DNA from: a virus
Lineage: Duplodnaviria > Caudoviricetes
IMG/VR virus record: IMGVR_UViG_3300017791_000194
Span: 10,083 to 74,082 of that record
Reading direction: 5' to 3' (one strand)
Length of the DNA stretch: 64,000 nt
The translations under genes and the position numbers were made by a program. Shown here piece by piece: positions 34,301 through 43,819 of this stretch; position 1 is the stretch's first letter; each line of letters begins with the position of its first letter. The notes beneath the pieces were generated by a model. That model was given only the letters and a program-made list of their open reading frames with translations. It ran no database searches and was not told where the DNA came from.

Positions 34301-37219
34301 GACGACTGCTGGGCCACCCCCGCCACCAGGCTGGCGCGTTCCGCTCGCAGCGCCCATATGCAGGGGCGCGCCGGTTGGGGCTGTCTGGGTAACCCGAACG
34401 GATCGTCCACCAGGCTGGCCGGTCAGGGCAGCTGGCCAGTTCACGATGAAGACGCGCTGGACCAAGCCCTGGGCATTGATGACGTGCTGTGTGGGAGGCG
34501 GCACGAAGCCTGTGGCACCGTGGAACGAGATCCCGCCGCCATCAGCGCGGCCGGTCAGATCCTTGCCAAAGCCCTTGCCCTGCCGGGCGCGCGCCAGCCA
34601 GGTCGGCACCTGGTGCGTCGGGACGACCTCAGCTTCGCCGTTGGGCCCCTGGACGATCAGCTCAGGGCCGCGCTCACCAACCTGAGTGACGCTGAAGCCA
34701 GGCGGCAGCTCGGCTGTTCCACGTGCAACCATCCGGCCCAGCAGACCGGTGTGCTTGACCTGGCCGCCCTCAGCGTTCTTCTCCATGAACGACTCGGGGA
34801 AGTCGCCAGGGCTCATGCCGACCAGCGGGTCGGTCTTGAACCCCATCGCGCGATCAGCTGGATGAAGCTGATCAGCAGGCGGTCGCTCCTCCGGCGAGTA
34901 GAGCGGATGGTAGAAATCATGCTGGCCTTCTGGCTGGCCACTTCGCCACAGCCAGTAGGCGTCAACGTCGGCGTCCTGCTCACTCAGCTGGCCGAGGTTG
35001 GCGAGCTGGATGAGCCCAAGGCGACGCTTCCAGCCAGGCATAGGGCCGCCCTCAGCCCGGCCCGGCGGCCCCCAGCCAATCTGGTCGCGCTTGCCGCGCG
35101 TGTTGCAGTTCTTGCAGGCGGTCGTGATGTTCCTTCGGTCGAAGGGGGAGCCACCCTTGGACAGCGGCTTGATGTGGTCAGCTTGGAGTGGGTTCTTCTC
35201 CGAGCCGAACGTGCCGCAGTAGGTGCAGAACGGCTGGAAGGCCCGCTGGCGCAGCGACATCTGGCGCCACTGGTTGGTGTGATGGACGCGCCCGCCCTCG
35301 GCGTAGCCCCGAATCTCACGGAGACGCTCTTCGCGCTCCTTCGCCAGGCGCAATGCCCGGGCGATTGAAGATTCGCGCTCAGCACCAGGTTCACGCTCAA
35401 CCGTGGCGGGCCTGGTCGTGATCGGCGTGAAGGACTCAGCCTTCGGTGCCTGTTCCGGCGCGACCGGGCGGTCAGGCGCCAGATCGACGAGACCAGCTCT
35501 GATGGCCGACATGCGCGCAGCCGTATCTGCATCAGGGGCCTGAGCACGAACGTTGGTCTTGGCTGATGGGCGGGGGGCGGCGAGCCCGCCAGGCGGGATC
35601 TCCGGCTCCTTATCCGAGATATTCTTCAGAAGCCGCTTGTCGATCAGTGTCTTGGCACGCTTGGGCAGCGACATCGCCGCCTGCTTCTGGCCCTGCTCAA
35701 CTGCCCCGCCCGTGACCTGACCGCCGCCACTGGCCCGCCCGCCCTTGCGGGCGCCAGCATTGACGTTGGCGATGCCGCCGCCGGTCTCCTCAGCTGCGGT
35801 CGCGAACCGTGATGCCGGGATGAGCATGAGGCGCTGCCAGGCCTGGATGATCTTCGGATCGTTGATGGGATTGAGCGCGCCGCCAGCCGCCGTCTCGACC
35901 GTTGACGGGAGACCCAGGTGCTGGAACAGCTCCTCGCGCTGGCGCGGCTTCAGGGCGCGCAGCTGCGCGCGGGCGTCCTCGATGGACATCGTCTCGACAT
36001 CGCCGAGTCCGGCTGCCTTGTATTCCCCAGCGAAGGCGAGCAGGCCCTTCTTGCGCTGCACGCTCTCGCCCAGTTCGCGCAGAGCCGCGCTGAACGGGTT
36101 GACCGTTTCGGGTGTCTCGCCTTGCTTGACCTCGGCAGCGATGTCCTCTGGGCGAATCCTCATGCCCAGATCAGCCCGCAGCTGACCCTCTGCGGTCAGT
36201 TCACGACCGGCCGCCATGAGGTCGCGCGGTGCGACGGATCGCCGGAACTTTTCGTCCTTGCCCTTGCCCACGAAGTTGGCCAGCGGATCACCACGCCGCC
36301 CAACAGGCGGACGTTCAGTCCCTGGAATCTGCGTGGCACTACCGGCACGTGGCTGGTTCGGAGCGCCTGTGGCTGCCTGTTTGGCTGCCCGCTGTGCAGC
36401 ACGCTGGCCCGCCCTGCGGCCACCGATACCGGCGGCCTCGGGCGCGACTGGTTCGGCAGGCGGAACCGCGGCGCCCTTCTGTTCGGCGCGTCGCTCCTTG
36501 GCCAGACGGGTCCGCTCAGCCTCAGCTCGCTTGACCTCGTCGTTGGCCTTCTGGAGCGCCTCCTGATCAGAGGCTGCCTCGGCCTTCTTGCGTGCAGACA
36601 TCGCGCCGCGCAGGCGCTCGTCGTTGGCCTTCTGGGCAGCGGTCCGTGGCGCCTTGGTCGCAGTGCCACTACCACCCGCTGTGGGCTGTGGCATGGCCCC
36701 GCCACCACCGCCACCACCACCACCGCCCTTGCCCGGCGGGGGCCCGAAGCCACCGGCGCCACCCCAGCCTTCGGGCGGCTGCGGCCAGCCACCCTTGGGC
36801 TGCGAGGCAAGCTGCCAGTCGACAGTGATGACACCAATAGCCGCACGCAGGTCACGGGCGGTGGCTGCCTGCTCCTTCTTGGTCAGGTTGGTGTCGAGGA
36901 CGACTGGGACCTTGACGCCACCGCCCGGGAGGCCCTTGAGATCGTCGGTCAGCTGCTTGGCGATCGGGGCCGCGTCGAAGTTGGCCAGGCCGACCTTGAC
37001 GTCGATCTGGCCGAGCTTGTCCATCTTGGCCTTGAGATCGCCCAGGACCTTGTCGACCGAGCGCTCGCCGGACTTGTTCTCCTTGAGGGAGAGGGTGACC
37101 TCGGCGGTGCGCTTCTTGCGCAGCTCGGCGTCCATGACCGAACTAACGCGACGAATGCCCGTCGCGACCTCGCTCGCATCAACCGCAAGCTTGATTCGGA
37201 TGTCGTCAATCGTTGCCAT
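31355..37219 (-). CDS. tape measure protein with an internal HNH domain
   Basis: 1954 aa, Ala/Gln-rich helical, follows the tail chaperones; CTYC..DHIKP.SKGG...N...ACKNCN. Confidence 0.9.
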   Translation of the reverse strand: MATIDDIRIKLAVDASEVATGIRRVSSVMDAELRKKRTAEVTLSLKENKSGERSVDKVLGDLKAKMDKLGQIDVKVGLANFDAAPIAKQLTDDLKGLPGGGVKVPVVLDTNLTKKEQAATARDLRAAIGVITVDWQLASQPKGGWPQPPEGWGGAGGFGPPPGKGGGGGGGGGGAMPQPTAGGSGTATKAPRTAAQKANDERLRGAMSARKKAEAASDQEALQKANDEVKRAEAERTRLAKERRAEQKGAAVPPAEPVAPEAAGIGGRRAGQRAAQRAAKQAATGAPNQPRAGSATQIPGTERPPVGRRGDPLANFVGKGKDEKFRRSVAPRDLMAAGRELTAEGQLRADLGMRIRPEDIAAEVKQGETPETVNPFSAALRELGESVQRKKGLLAFAGEYKAAGLGDVETMSIEDARAQLRALKPRQREELFQHLGLPSTVETAAGGALNPINDPKIIQAWQRLMLIPASRFATAAEETGGGIANVNAGARKGGRASGGGQVTGGAVEQGQKQAAMSLPKRAKTLIDKRLLKNISDKEPEIPPGGLAAPRPSAKTNVRAQAPDADTAARMSAIRAGLVDLAPDRPVAPEQAPKAESFTPITTRPATVEREPGAERESSIARALRLAKEREERLREIRGYAEGGRVHHTNQWRQMSLRQRAFQPFCTYCGTFGSEKNPLQADHIKPLSKGGSPFDRRNITTACKNCNTRGKRDQIGWGPPGRAEGGPMPGWKRRLGLIQLANLGQLSEQDADVDAYWLWRSGQPEGQHDFYHPLYSPEERPPADQLHPADRAMGFKTDPLVGMSPGDFPESFMEKNAEGGQVKHTGLLGRMVARGTAELPPGFSVTQVGERGPELIVQGPNGEAEVVPTHQVPTWLARARQGKGFGKDLTGRADGGGISFHGATGFVPPPTQHVINAQGLVQRVFIVNWPAALTGQPGGRSVRVTQTAPTGAPLHMGAASGTRQPGGGGGPAVVTPPGPLPGVGGVAAGQPIPELLPSQDPFFRTRVAFASQGRLGAGRSGGQAERAQLAIDQALNPVRAFTTSVSQVVQTLAGRGELTKNVKAAQAAISEQQRTEQTFESRRREFQFGLANRRAIRRLGGAATTEQLGVLASLEVSLPRLAKSVLFLRDASRDAAKTTDAAIDKIDGASSAFRNLAVGGISAIGAGVAFTTTFAAFNAAFETGAKAIADVTERSTNYSNATAALSEELAKGARASGSSAKAATAATLAASGLADETSKQVAPALAGRAQGVAGNQALQEQVVQIAAAQNIGQGRPQGLPAGFDASLVRSTGGPFNLGLLPGVLSDRSTSDILRNSLNQVPGGGSQSFGGGAGPFRGMSAPGTFIGRGAGPGTGFLGVPPGSSIEKEQAKADEALNDWLKTVTERGQKGGSLSQLVREADQARIDATIKAFESVGADDLAQSLRARADKGQGLALTGAISDFLAAQFLSAQQQAGLRPSVGNIVAQLTSPIGGLAPEQGGLNQLDVQLRDISRRAGFQRETVLPAQQALAFANQPLVPFNDPRLRPSAPLPGRAFADTENTVGQYQTAFEKYAKFAEPAQARINEQIEKGRATLQSWIGPDLLNDITTLGKSIQDIQLGLSQRSLNLEVSQYNNEIRIATRQLGIAQDFTKAIKGNVKDTIGGLQGQNYALGRQLQLLQQELQQRQINLQLALAGFQTPGETSEERAARRDDAEAQAKLAQEQLNLQKQLSGNEFAIGLKENANAITDLTAQIALLREGKSFAIDSFAAQEAIKNMEAELQLLDQDAQSRFDQQVQNEQVLLGIWHDIEAATGKALDIREKEFANLITAFQKAGKAAGKAAVDYVVAATLAAATTSIPGLNSSGSPDERQEQTDLRLLERLTNTDLNGNGRIGAQTGLVGYAPGQTDITVGEAKGEAVAILRNPQKMSWDGGGSAAPVINIIFNNPSVRDDGDLQKLVRQVEEALNRRMQLQGLR

Positions 37220-37231
37220 GGTTGGCTCCGA

Positions 37232-37435
37232 TCAGGTCATCGGACCCGTGAGCGACTCGCCTTCCCAGTCGAAGTCGCCGTCCTCGTCCTCGTCAGGAGG
37301 CTTGCTCGCCTCGATGACGTGGTCGCGGAGTTCTTTGAAGTAGCGGAATGGGTAGCGCCAGATCACGTGAGGCATCACGCCCCACCATTTGGCCATGACG
37401 AACGCCATCTGGCGGTTCGTCAGGCGGCGTTTCCC
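37232..37435 (-). CDS. tail assembly chaperone -1 frameshift extension (gpGT-like)
   Basis: In-frame slippery G GGA AAC at 37429-37435; the -1 frame is open to TGA at 37232. Confidence 0.8.
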   Translation of the reverse strand, partial: GKRRLTNRQMAFVMAKWWGVMPHVIWRYPFRYFKELRDHVIEASKPPDEDEDGDFDWEGESLTGPMT

Positions 37436-37788
37436 TGGGGGGTCTCCTCGGGCTCTGGCTCAGTCTCGATCTTCACCGGCTCGTCGCCGTAGTGCAGATC
37501 GCTGACCAGCTTCTGGATCGCGCGGTAGTAGCGCACGCCCAGCTTCAGTAGCTGGTCTGGCTTCGGCCGAACGGCATCGAGGATCATCAGGCGCATCAGC
37601 GTGAGCTGATCGATGTCCTCTTCATCCTCGCCGGTGATGTCGTTGCGGGTCTTGGTCGTTGCCTTCGCGAGCAGCTCGTTGTAGCGCTCCATCGACAACT
37701 CGGTCACGGTGTAGGTGGTGCCGCGGATCGTGGCCCGAATGCTGGCGGGGACGTCAGACGGCGCTGGAAGATCAACCTTGGCGCTCAT
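37420..37788 (-). CDS. tail assembly chaperone (gpG-like)
   Basis: Position before the tape measure; slippery site before the stop. Confidence 0.8.
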   Translation of the reverse strand: MSAKVDLPAPSDVPASIRATIRGTTYTVTELSMERYNELLAKATTKTRNDITGEDEEDIDQLTLMRLMILDAVRPKPDQLLKLGVRYYRAIQKLVSDLHYGDEPVKIETEPEPEETPQGNAA

Positions 37789-38092
37789 AGAGTTTCACTC
37801 CTTTGACGAGTAGGACTCGACCGGTGAGTACCGTTTCCTCTGCCTCGGTCAGCTGAGCCCGGAACTCTTTGCTTCTGCCGATCACGAGCTGCGCTTCTTT
37901 GGTGTAGTCCGGATCGTTGAACAGAAGTGGGTTGACAAAAGAAAACACGGCGCGGAGGTCGTAGCGGTAGGTACCGCTGTCTGCTCCACGCCGCGTGAGT
38001 TCCCATTTTTCAGTGACGCCGACAACGGCGCCGAGATCGGGGATGGTGATCTGGCCCCTCACACCAGAAATGCGCTTGAACAAATAGGGCAC
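37772..38092 (-). CDS. hypothetical tail-region protein
   Basis: ggagg SD, GTG start; lower GC3. Confidence 0.65.
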   Translation of the reverse strand: MPYLFKRISGVRGQITIPDLGAVVGVTEKWELTRRGADSGTYRYDLRAVFSFVNPLLFNDPDYTKEAQLVIGRSKEFRAQLTEAEETVLTGRVLLVKGVKLYERQG

Positions 38093-38124
38093 GGCCTCCT
38101 CCGTAACGGAGTGAAGGACTAGAA

Positions 38125-38158
38125 CTGTGGTCCCGCAGCGAACACTACGGGACCACAG
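38125..38158 (-). terminator. hairpin after the major tail gene
   Basis: ctgtggtcccg/cgggaccacag 11-bp stem. Confidence 0.5.
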
Positions 38159-38186
38159 AACTCACATGTTGTTGATCAGCTGTGGA

Positions 38187-38612
38187 TTACAGCGAGCCGT
38201 CGCTGAAGACTGTCCACGCACCCGACGCCCGGAAGTTGCCCGAGACGCGGATGGCGTCGGTATTCGACGCGGTGATCGTTGCATCGAACAGGCCCGGGCC
38301 GTATGCGATGCAGATCTCGTTGCTGGTGCGATCGTCTGCATACAGGTAGATCAGCTGGTCATCAGAGTTGGTCGTGTTGACCAGAAGATCACCGGACACG
38401 TCGAGCAAGCCGTTGAAGCTGCCCTGGATGTCCTTGAGGCCGACGAGGTAGGTCTTGTTGGTGTCACCGAAGACGGTGGCATCAACATAGTCACGGTTCA
38501 GGTTGAGCGTCCACTCGCTCTTCGCCGCGACCTTAGTGCCCACGTTCTTCGGGCCACCAACATAGATCGCGCCGTTCTTGCCATGACGCTTGGTTCCGGC
38601 ATTTGCAGCCAC
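38187..38612 (-). CDS. major tail tube protein
   Basis: Synteny; W.L.L....VDAT.FGD....L.GLKD..GSF.G pattern. Confidence 0.8.
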   Translation of the reverse strand: MAANAGTKRHGKNGAIYVGGPKNVGTKVAAKSEWTLNLNRDYVDATVFGDTNKTYLVGLKDIQGSFNGLLDVSGDLLVNTTNSDDQLIYLYADDRTSNEICIAYGPGLFDATITASNTDAIRVSGNFRASGAWTVFSDGSL

Positions 38613-38640
38613 AGGGCGTTCCCTTCATACATGACCGAGG

Positions 38641-39060
38641 TCACAACGACTGATCGGTCCAGACTTCGTAGGACCCGCCGACCTGGTAGAACTTCCGGCC
38701 CTCTGCGGTCTCGCTGACGGCACCGGGTTGGTCCGCCATGCGATAGCAGATCAGGTTCGTCTGCCCGGTCACACTCAGCGACGCTCCATCGAGCGTGTTG
38801 AGGACGAGCTGGTCGACGTTGTTGGCGACGACCGGGTTCTCCGCGTGGACGAAGACATCCACCAACGCCACGATCATGCGGTGGCCCCAGTCGTCGGCGT
38901 AGGGGGCTGCCACAAGGTTGTACGTGAGCAGTGGATAGGTCTGGACTCGCGCGGGGGCAAAGCCCTCGTGGATTCCGCCAGTCAAGGCGGCCTTGAGTGT
39001 TCCGTTGCCGCGGAGGGCGGCGACGATGCTCTGCTTGATCGCGGCGGACGTTGTAGCCAT
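38641..39060 (-). CDS. tail terminator-like protein
   Basis: Synteny; GIHEG.AP...YP. Confidence 0.7.
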   Translation of the reverse strand: MATTSAAIKQSIVAALRGNGTLKAALTGGIHEGFAPARVQTYPLLTYNLVAAPYADDWGHRMIVALVDVFVHAENPVVANNVDQLVLNTLDGASLSVTGQTNLICYRMADQPGAVSETAEGRKFYQVGGSYEVWTDQSL

Positions 39061-39072
39061 GGCTGTCCGTCC

Positions 39073-39882
39073 TTACCGAAGTGCTCGGTCAAGCTTGTTC
39101 CCGAACCTACGCAGCGCATCTCCGCCAGTAGGTTTGAGGACCAACTCGATGGACCCGGCGACAACACGAACCGGATAGGTCCCTCGCTGGAGGGCCGTCT
39201 TGATCGCGGTCCGTTGTGAGGCACCGAGCTTTGAGAGGTAATTGCGCAGCGCGGGTCGGAGGTATGGCTGTGGCGCGTTGTGCGCCGTACCCATCTCCTG
39301 CGCGTAGGCGTAGTTGAAGCCATGCTCGATCGCCGATGCCTTGACGTAGCCGACGATCCGATAGCCACCTCTGGTTGGCCCTTCGGGTTCGATGGAGTCG
39401 CGCAGCGTGCCGCCGTACTCAACACCGGATTTGCCGCCAGGCAGGACGTGGAGACCGGCGCCGCGAGCGAGGTCGCGCCTGGCACGGGCCAGGATCTGTT
39501 TGCCCGCGATCCGGTGCCTGCCAAGCCTGAATCTGAACGCGACGTTGAAGCCGGGCTCACGCTCGACTTCGCGAAACTCCTGGCCGCCGAGACGGCCCGC
39601 CTTCAGGCGACGAGTGACCGGAGCTGAACTATTTGGCGCGCCCCTGACGAACTCGCCCTCCAGCGTGCGCCCAACGCGCTTGGCCATGGAGTACGGCTTG
39701 CCGGTGACCTCATGGTTGTGGACACCGATGTGTGCGCTGATCGCGCGTCGGCCACCACCCTTGAACAGCTTGCGCACTGGCGCCAGGCGCCGTGCATCAG
39801 TGGCGATCTCATTGAGTGATTGCTCGACGCCCTCTTCGGCCGCAGCAATGATCGAGTCGACCAGACGCTGGAAGTCGATCAT
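39073..39882 (-). CDS. HK97 gp10-like tail completion protein with insertion
   Basis: A..LAPV...GTLRDSI...YA..QE.GT....QPYLRPA. Confidence 0.75.
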   Translation of the reverse strand: MIDFQRLVDSIIAAAEEGVEQSLNEIATDARRLAPVRKLFKGGGRRAISAHIGVHNHEVTGKPYSMAKRVGRTLEGEFVRGAPNSSAPVTRRLKAGRLGGQEFREVEREPGFNVAFRFRLGRHRIAGKQILARARRDLARGAGLHVLPGGKSGVEYGGTLRDSIEPEGPTRGGYRIVGYVKASAIEHGFNYAYAQEMGTAHNAPQPYLRPALRNYLSKLGASQRTAIKTALQRGTYPVRVVAGSIELVLKPTGGDALRRFGNKLDRALR

Positions 39883-39884
39883 GG

Positions 39885-40271
39885 CTACTCCAGGGTCTTG
39901 ACCATCAAGCCCAGATAGGCAGGCCAGGTCTCGCCGTTGTTCACGTCGTTGACCACGTACTCGACGCCTGCAATCAGCACGTGATCGCCGTTGGTAACTT
40001 CGGTGCCGACCGGGACCCAGAGCCTGTGGTCATGGACCGCGACGAGCTGCCCGGACTCGATCTGAAGGGTGTTGTTGGCGACCGAATGGAGCATGCCCAT
40101 CACGGTCTTCGCCGTCGAGGCCGAGGCGTAGCTGACGGACGAACCGTAGGGATCGTCGGTCACTTCCAGGCCCGTGGTTGCGGTCTGGGGCAAGATCGTG
40201 ACCTCGGTCTGCATGCCCAGTTCCGCGAGGCGCTGAATGGCGCCCAGCTGCGCATCAGAGAGCAGCTTCAT
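39885..40271 (-). CDS. head closure/stopper protein
   Basis: Synteny; ..GD.V.I.G.EY.V..V. Confidence 0.65.
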   Translation of the reverse strand: MKLLSDAQLGAIQRLAELGMQTEVTILPQTATTGLEVTDDPYGSSVSYASASTAKTVMGMLHSVANNTLQIESGQLVAVHDHRLWVPVGTEVTNGDHVLIAGVEYVVNDVNNGETWPAYLGLMVKTLE

Positions 40272-41152
40272 CGGACCGTCAAATAGCGGTAGCCATCGAG
40301 CAGCCAGGCGGCTTGCGGGATGAGCTGATCGAGATTGACGCTGGTCAGGCGCATCACAGGCGTGCTCATGGAGACTTCGCCGACCTTGAGCGTCTGGAAC
40401 CCAGCCATCTGGGACTCCTGCACCCGGCGCCCGGTGATCAGATAGGTCGCGATCTGCCCGACTGCGTCCCGGATCTCACCGGGCAGGCGGTAGTCGTAAT
40501 CCATGCTTACCGTATCGGTCGCACCAAGCTGACTGTTGAAAGTGACCGTACCTTCGATCAGATCGACGGTGTAGTCGCTGGGACTGGCAGGAGTGCCATT
40601 GACGTAGACGACTGGGTCGTTGTCTTCGTCGGTCCAGAACTGGTTCGCGGCGCGGTAGGTCCGCGCGTCGGTTGCGTAGCAGGTTTCACCGACCACGCTC
40701 ATCAACCAGCCGTACGTGTAGCTGATCGAGGCGATCGGAGTGAGTAGGCCAATCCCCGGGATGCCCGCACCGAAGAGCCCCACGCTGGTGAACGCGAACG
40801 AGGTGACTTCGACATAGCGGTCGGCGTTGTTGATGAACAGCTCCGACGGCGCAACCTCGACGTACTGCGTGTTGGTCGCGTTGACCCGGAAGCTGGACAC
40901 CGCCTTCACTGGCCAGTGATACGGCCAGACGCGACGCCGCGGCATCTCATCGACATGAATGGGCAACGTCCAGTCATGCTGCTCGCCCGTGATGGAACCG
41001 CCGAAGAAACTATGTCCCAACGGGACGGCGCAGTACCCCTCTGCCAGGGAGGATGCTCGTCCGAGGATCGACGCCAGCTCGACATCCTCGATGTCCGCCA
41101 GGTCGCTCCCGAACCCCATAGTCCGGTACTTCTCAGGCGTGACGTAGAGCAC
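40268..41152 (-). CDS. head-tail adaptor protein
   Basis: Follows the capsid gene; YVT..Y start, C-terminal LLDGYR. Confidence 0.7.
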   Translation of the reverse strand: MLYVTPEKYRTMGFGSDLADIEDVELASILGRASSLAEGYCAVPLGHSFFGGSITGEQHDWTLPIHVDEMPRRRVWPYHWPVKAVSSFRVNATNTQYVEVAPSELFINNADRYVEVTSFAFTSVGLFGAGIPGIGLLTPIASISYTYGWLMSVVGETCYATDARTYRAANQFWTDEDNDPVVYVNGTPASPSDYTVDLIEGTVTFNSQLGATDTVSMDYDYRLPGEIRDAVGQIATYLITGRRVQESQMAGFQTLKVGEVSMSTPVMRLTSVNLDQLIPQAAWLLDGYRYLTVR

Positions 41153-41173
41153 GCATTGCTCCTGTCAGGTAGG

Positions 41174-41209
41174 CCCGGCGGCGGGTGTGGAGGGCAACCC
41201 GCCGCCGGG
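41174..41209 (-). terminator. 13-bp GC hairpin after the major capsid gene
   Basis: cccggcggcgggt/acccgccgccggg. Confidence 0.5.
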
Positions 41210-41218
41210 GTTAGAGGG

Positions 41219-42565
41219 TTAAGCGACCTTGACGCGCACCTTGTTCGAGAAGGTCGGCGCCTTGACGGCGAGACCCCACATGCCGAACACGATGTACAGA
41301 TGCACGAGCTGGCCGCTGATGCCGACCGGGATGTCGAGGACCGTGGGGCCCTCGGAACCGAGGTACGGCAGGCTGATCGTGCTCTCATCCAGGATGTACA
41401 AATCCCGGACATCGTTGCCGCTGTACGTGCTGGTGGCGGTGTAGTTGTCGATCGCGTCACCAGGGACGATAGCCCACGGAAGCTCACCCGCGACCGTGTT
41501 CACCGTGGAGGCAGTGACGCCCACCGCGATGTTCACCTGGTTCGGGATGACGATCCTGGTCTTGCTGTCCTGCTGCTGGTGGAACGTCCGCTTCTCAGTC
41601 GGATGGCTCCACAGGATCGACGGCATCCCGCCGCCCTCCTGGGCGATGTTCTCGACCGCCTCATCGATGGCTCGCTGCATGTTGCCGGTCGTGTCCGGGC
41701 TCGTTGCCGGATCGACGTTGGTCGCGCGGGCCGAGTTGAGGATCGAGCGCAGGCCGGTGAAGGCGTTGGCGTCGTAGGCGCCAAGCTCGTTCGAGCTGGT
41801 GCCGCCTGAGTCGGTCGAATGGCCAGAGAAGATCTGCTGCTGCATGCGATGTGCGATGGAGCGCAGGCCGCCCTGGAGTTCGATCTGCTCGGGGTTGTAG
41901 CTCATGCCACCCGCGGGGACGGCTGCACGGGCCTTCAGCGAGATACCGCGTCGGGTCGAGATGATCGCGACGTTGGTTGTCTCGCGGTTGTACGTGCTCT
42001 TGTCGTCCTGCACGGTGCCCAGCTCAGCCATGAACTGCGCATCGCCGTAGGCGGTGATCTGGTTCCACGTGTGGGTCAGGCCGTTCGCGGGCTCTCGGCG
42101 GAACCGATCGAACGCCGGGAACGTACGAATGAACAGCTCGTAGAGGACCGGCTCAAGGTCCTGCCGGATGAGCGCGGCGGCGCCGCCGGTGTCCAGGGCC
42201 CGGAGGACGTCCGGGGTGAGCTGGCTACCGATGCCGTTGAAGCGCTCCATGGTGCCCTGGCCACCGGCGCTGAGCCAGTAGTCGAGCGGAATGCCGGTGT
42301 CCTTGCGCGACGCCTGCTCGGCGAAGAGCATCTCAAGCTCGGCGACCGACTTCGAGCGAAGTGCGGTGCGCAGGTTGAACTGCTCGCCCCGAGACAGGAG
42401 CCGTCGATTGGACGGCGGCTGGGTGATCTGCTCACCCACACCCTGGGCCTGCGCGGGCGCAGGTGCGGTGTTGGGGTTGTCGTTGAGGCTATCGAGAGCC
42501 GTCCCGAAGCGCTCCAGCGTTTCCGCCAGCGAGCGCTTGAGGGCGGCAAGCTCCTCGTGATCCAT
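41219..42565 (-). CDS. major capsid protein (HK97-like)
   Basis: gaggag SD, strong codon bias, follows the protease. Confidence 0.85.
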   Translation of the reverse strand: MDHEELAALKRSLAETLERFGTALDSLNDNPNTAPAPAQAQGVGEQITQPPSNRRLLSRGEQFNLRTALRSKSVAELEMLFAEQASRKDTGIPLDYWLSAGGQGTMERFNGIGSQLTPDVLRALDTGGAAALIRQDLEPVLYELFIRTFPAFDRFRREPANGLTHTWNQITAYGDAQFMAELGTVQDDKSTYNRETTNVAIISTRRGISLKARAAVPAGGMSYNPEQIELQGGLRSIAHRMQQQIFSGHSTDSGGTSSNELGAYDANAFTGLRSILNSARATNVDPATSPDTTGNMQRAIDEAVENIAQEGGGMPSILWSHPTEKRTFHQQQDSKTRIVIPNQVNIAVGVTASTVNTVAGELPWAIVPGDAIDNYTATSTYSGNDVRDLYILDESTISLPYLGSEGPTVLDIPVGISGQLVHLYIVFGMWGLAVKAPTFSNKVRVKVA

Positions 42566-42568
42566 TGA

Positions 42569-43819
42569 TTAGCTCCTCAGAACTTCAAGGAAGTCGCGGG
42601 AGTAGATGCCCTCCAGATCGGAGAGATCACTCTGTGCCGCGTCGCGGACTACAGCCGCGCGTGGGCCGAGCGGAAGCTCGGCAAGCTTTGCCACGATGGC
42701 CTTGGTGCTGGAGATTGCCTCCGCAGCCTCGGACATCGCCTTGTCACGCTGCTGCTCTGCGGCAGCCTTGGCAGCCTTGATCGAGGCCAGCTCAGCCGTG
42801 AGCCTCTCAACCAAATCGCCAAGCATCGCGAACGCGGACGTGACTTCCGCGTCCATGCCGACCACTGCCTCCTGCGCCTGGGCGACCGTCTCGCTGGCCG
42901 AGTTGGTCACGTCGTCGCTGGGGGGCTCGCTCTGGGGAGCTGCCTGGGTCTCGGGGTCCACTGACGCCGCCACCACTTCTGGCTCAGCGTCCTTGTGGTA
43001 GCCGTTGTCACATCCCGTTGCACTCTTGCCCTTGCCACAGCTCGGGCAGGAGTCAGCGTCTGTGATTTCGGGGTCGGGAGTTGGGGCGACGATCTCGTCG
43101 TCGCTCTGGGGGAAGGTGAACTGGAGCAGGTTGTTGCTGGTGTTCGCCGAGGTCGTAGTCATTGGCACGTAGCCGATGGTCTGTGTGACCACCGGCGGGA
43201 GCGCCTCAACTGCCTCGGGCTCGATCGAGGCGGGGGCCTCGAAGTAGCTCTTGCGAGCGCTATCGACCCAGCTCCGGGGGTTCGCCGGAATGGCGACGAT
43301 CGAGGTCTCCAGGAGTTCGAGGTGCTCGATGATCAGGCGCTTGGTCTTCTTGTCGACCTTGGCGCCGCCTTCGGGGATCATGGCGCCGATGGACAGGCCG
43401 AGCTTGGTGCCCTTGCGGATGGCCTTCCAGGTCTTGACCGCGCGATCGTTCTCTTCGTTGATGATGATCGACATCCGGAGGTCGTGAACCGGGTCGCCGG
43501 TCTTGGTCTGTGCGACCGAACGGGCGAGCACCGCTGCCTCGACGGAGCCGAAGACATCCTCGGGAACCTCGTACTTGTGGTTGCCAAAGATGGTCAGGTT
43601 GTTGTTGGCCGCAGTCTCCATGTCGAGCAGGCCAGACTCGGTGATCTCATCACCGTGAAGGTCCTTGATCGTGGACGATGCGGTGCCCGAGAGGCGCATC
43701 TGCTTGCCGTCCGTGCTGACGCTTGCGGTCAGCGGCGCAGGCAGGAACTCATTGTTCTCAGCGTCGAACGCTCGGGTGTAGATCTTGAACTTGATCGGGG
43801 TTTCGTTGTAATCAAGCAC
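42569..43819 (-). CDS. HK97-type prohead protease fused to an acidic scaffold-like region
   Basis: SGTASST..DL.GD.I, H....FG, GLSIG, LLETSIVAIPANP. Confidence 0.85.
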   Translation of the reverse strand: MLDYNETPIKFKIYTRAFDAENNEFLPAPLTASVSTDGKQMRLSGTASSTIKDLHGDEITESGLLDMETAANNNLTIFGNHKYEVPEDVFGSVEAAVLARSVAQTKTGDPVHDLRMSIIINEENDRAVKTWKAIRKGTKLGLSIGAMIPEGGAKVDKKTKRLIIEHLELLETSIVAIPANPRSWVDSARKSYFEAPASIEPEAVEALPPVVTQTIGYVPMTTTSANTSNNLLQFTFPQSDDEIVAPTPDPEITDADSCPSCGKGKSATGCDNGYHKDAEPEVVAASVDPETQAAPQSEPPSDDVTNSASETVAQAQEAVVGMDAEVTSAFAMLGDLVERLTAELASIKAAKAAAEQQRDKAMSEAAEAISSTKAIVAKLAELPLGPRAAVVRDAAQSDLSDLEGIYSRDFLEVLRS

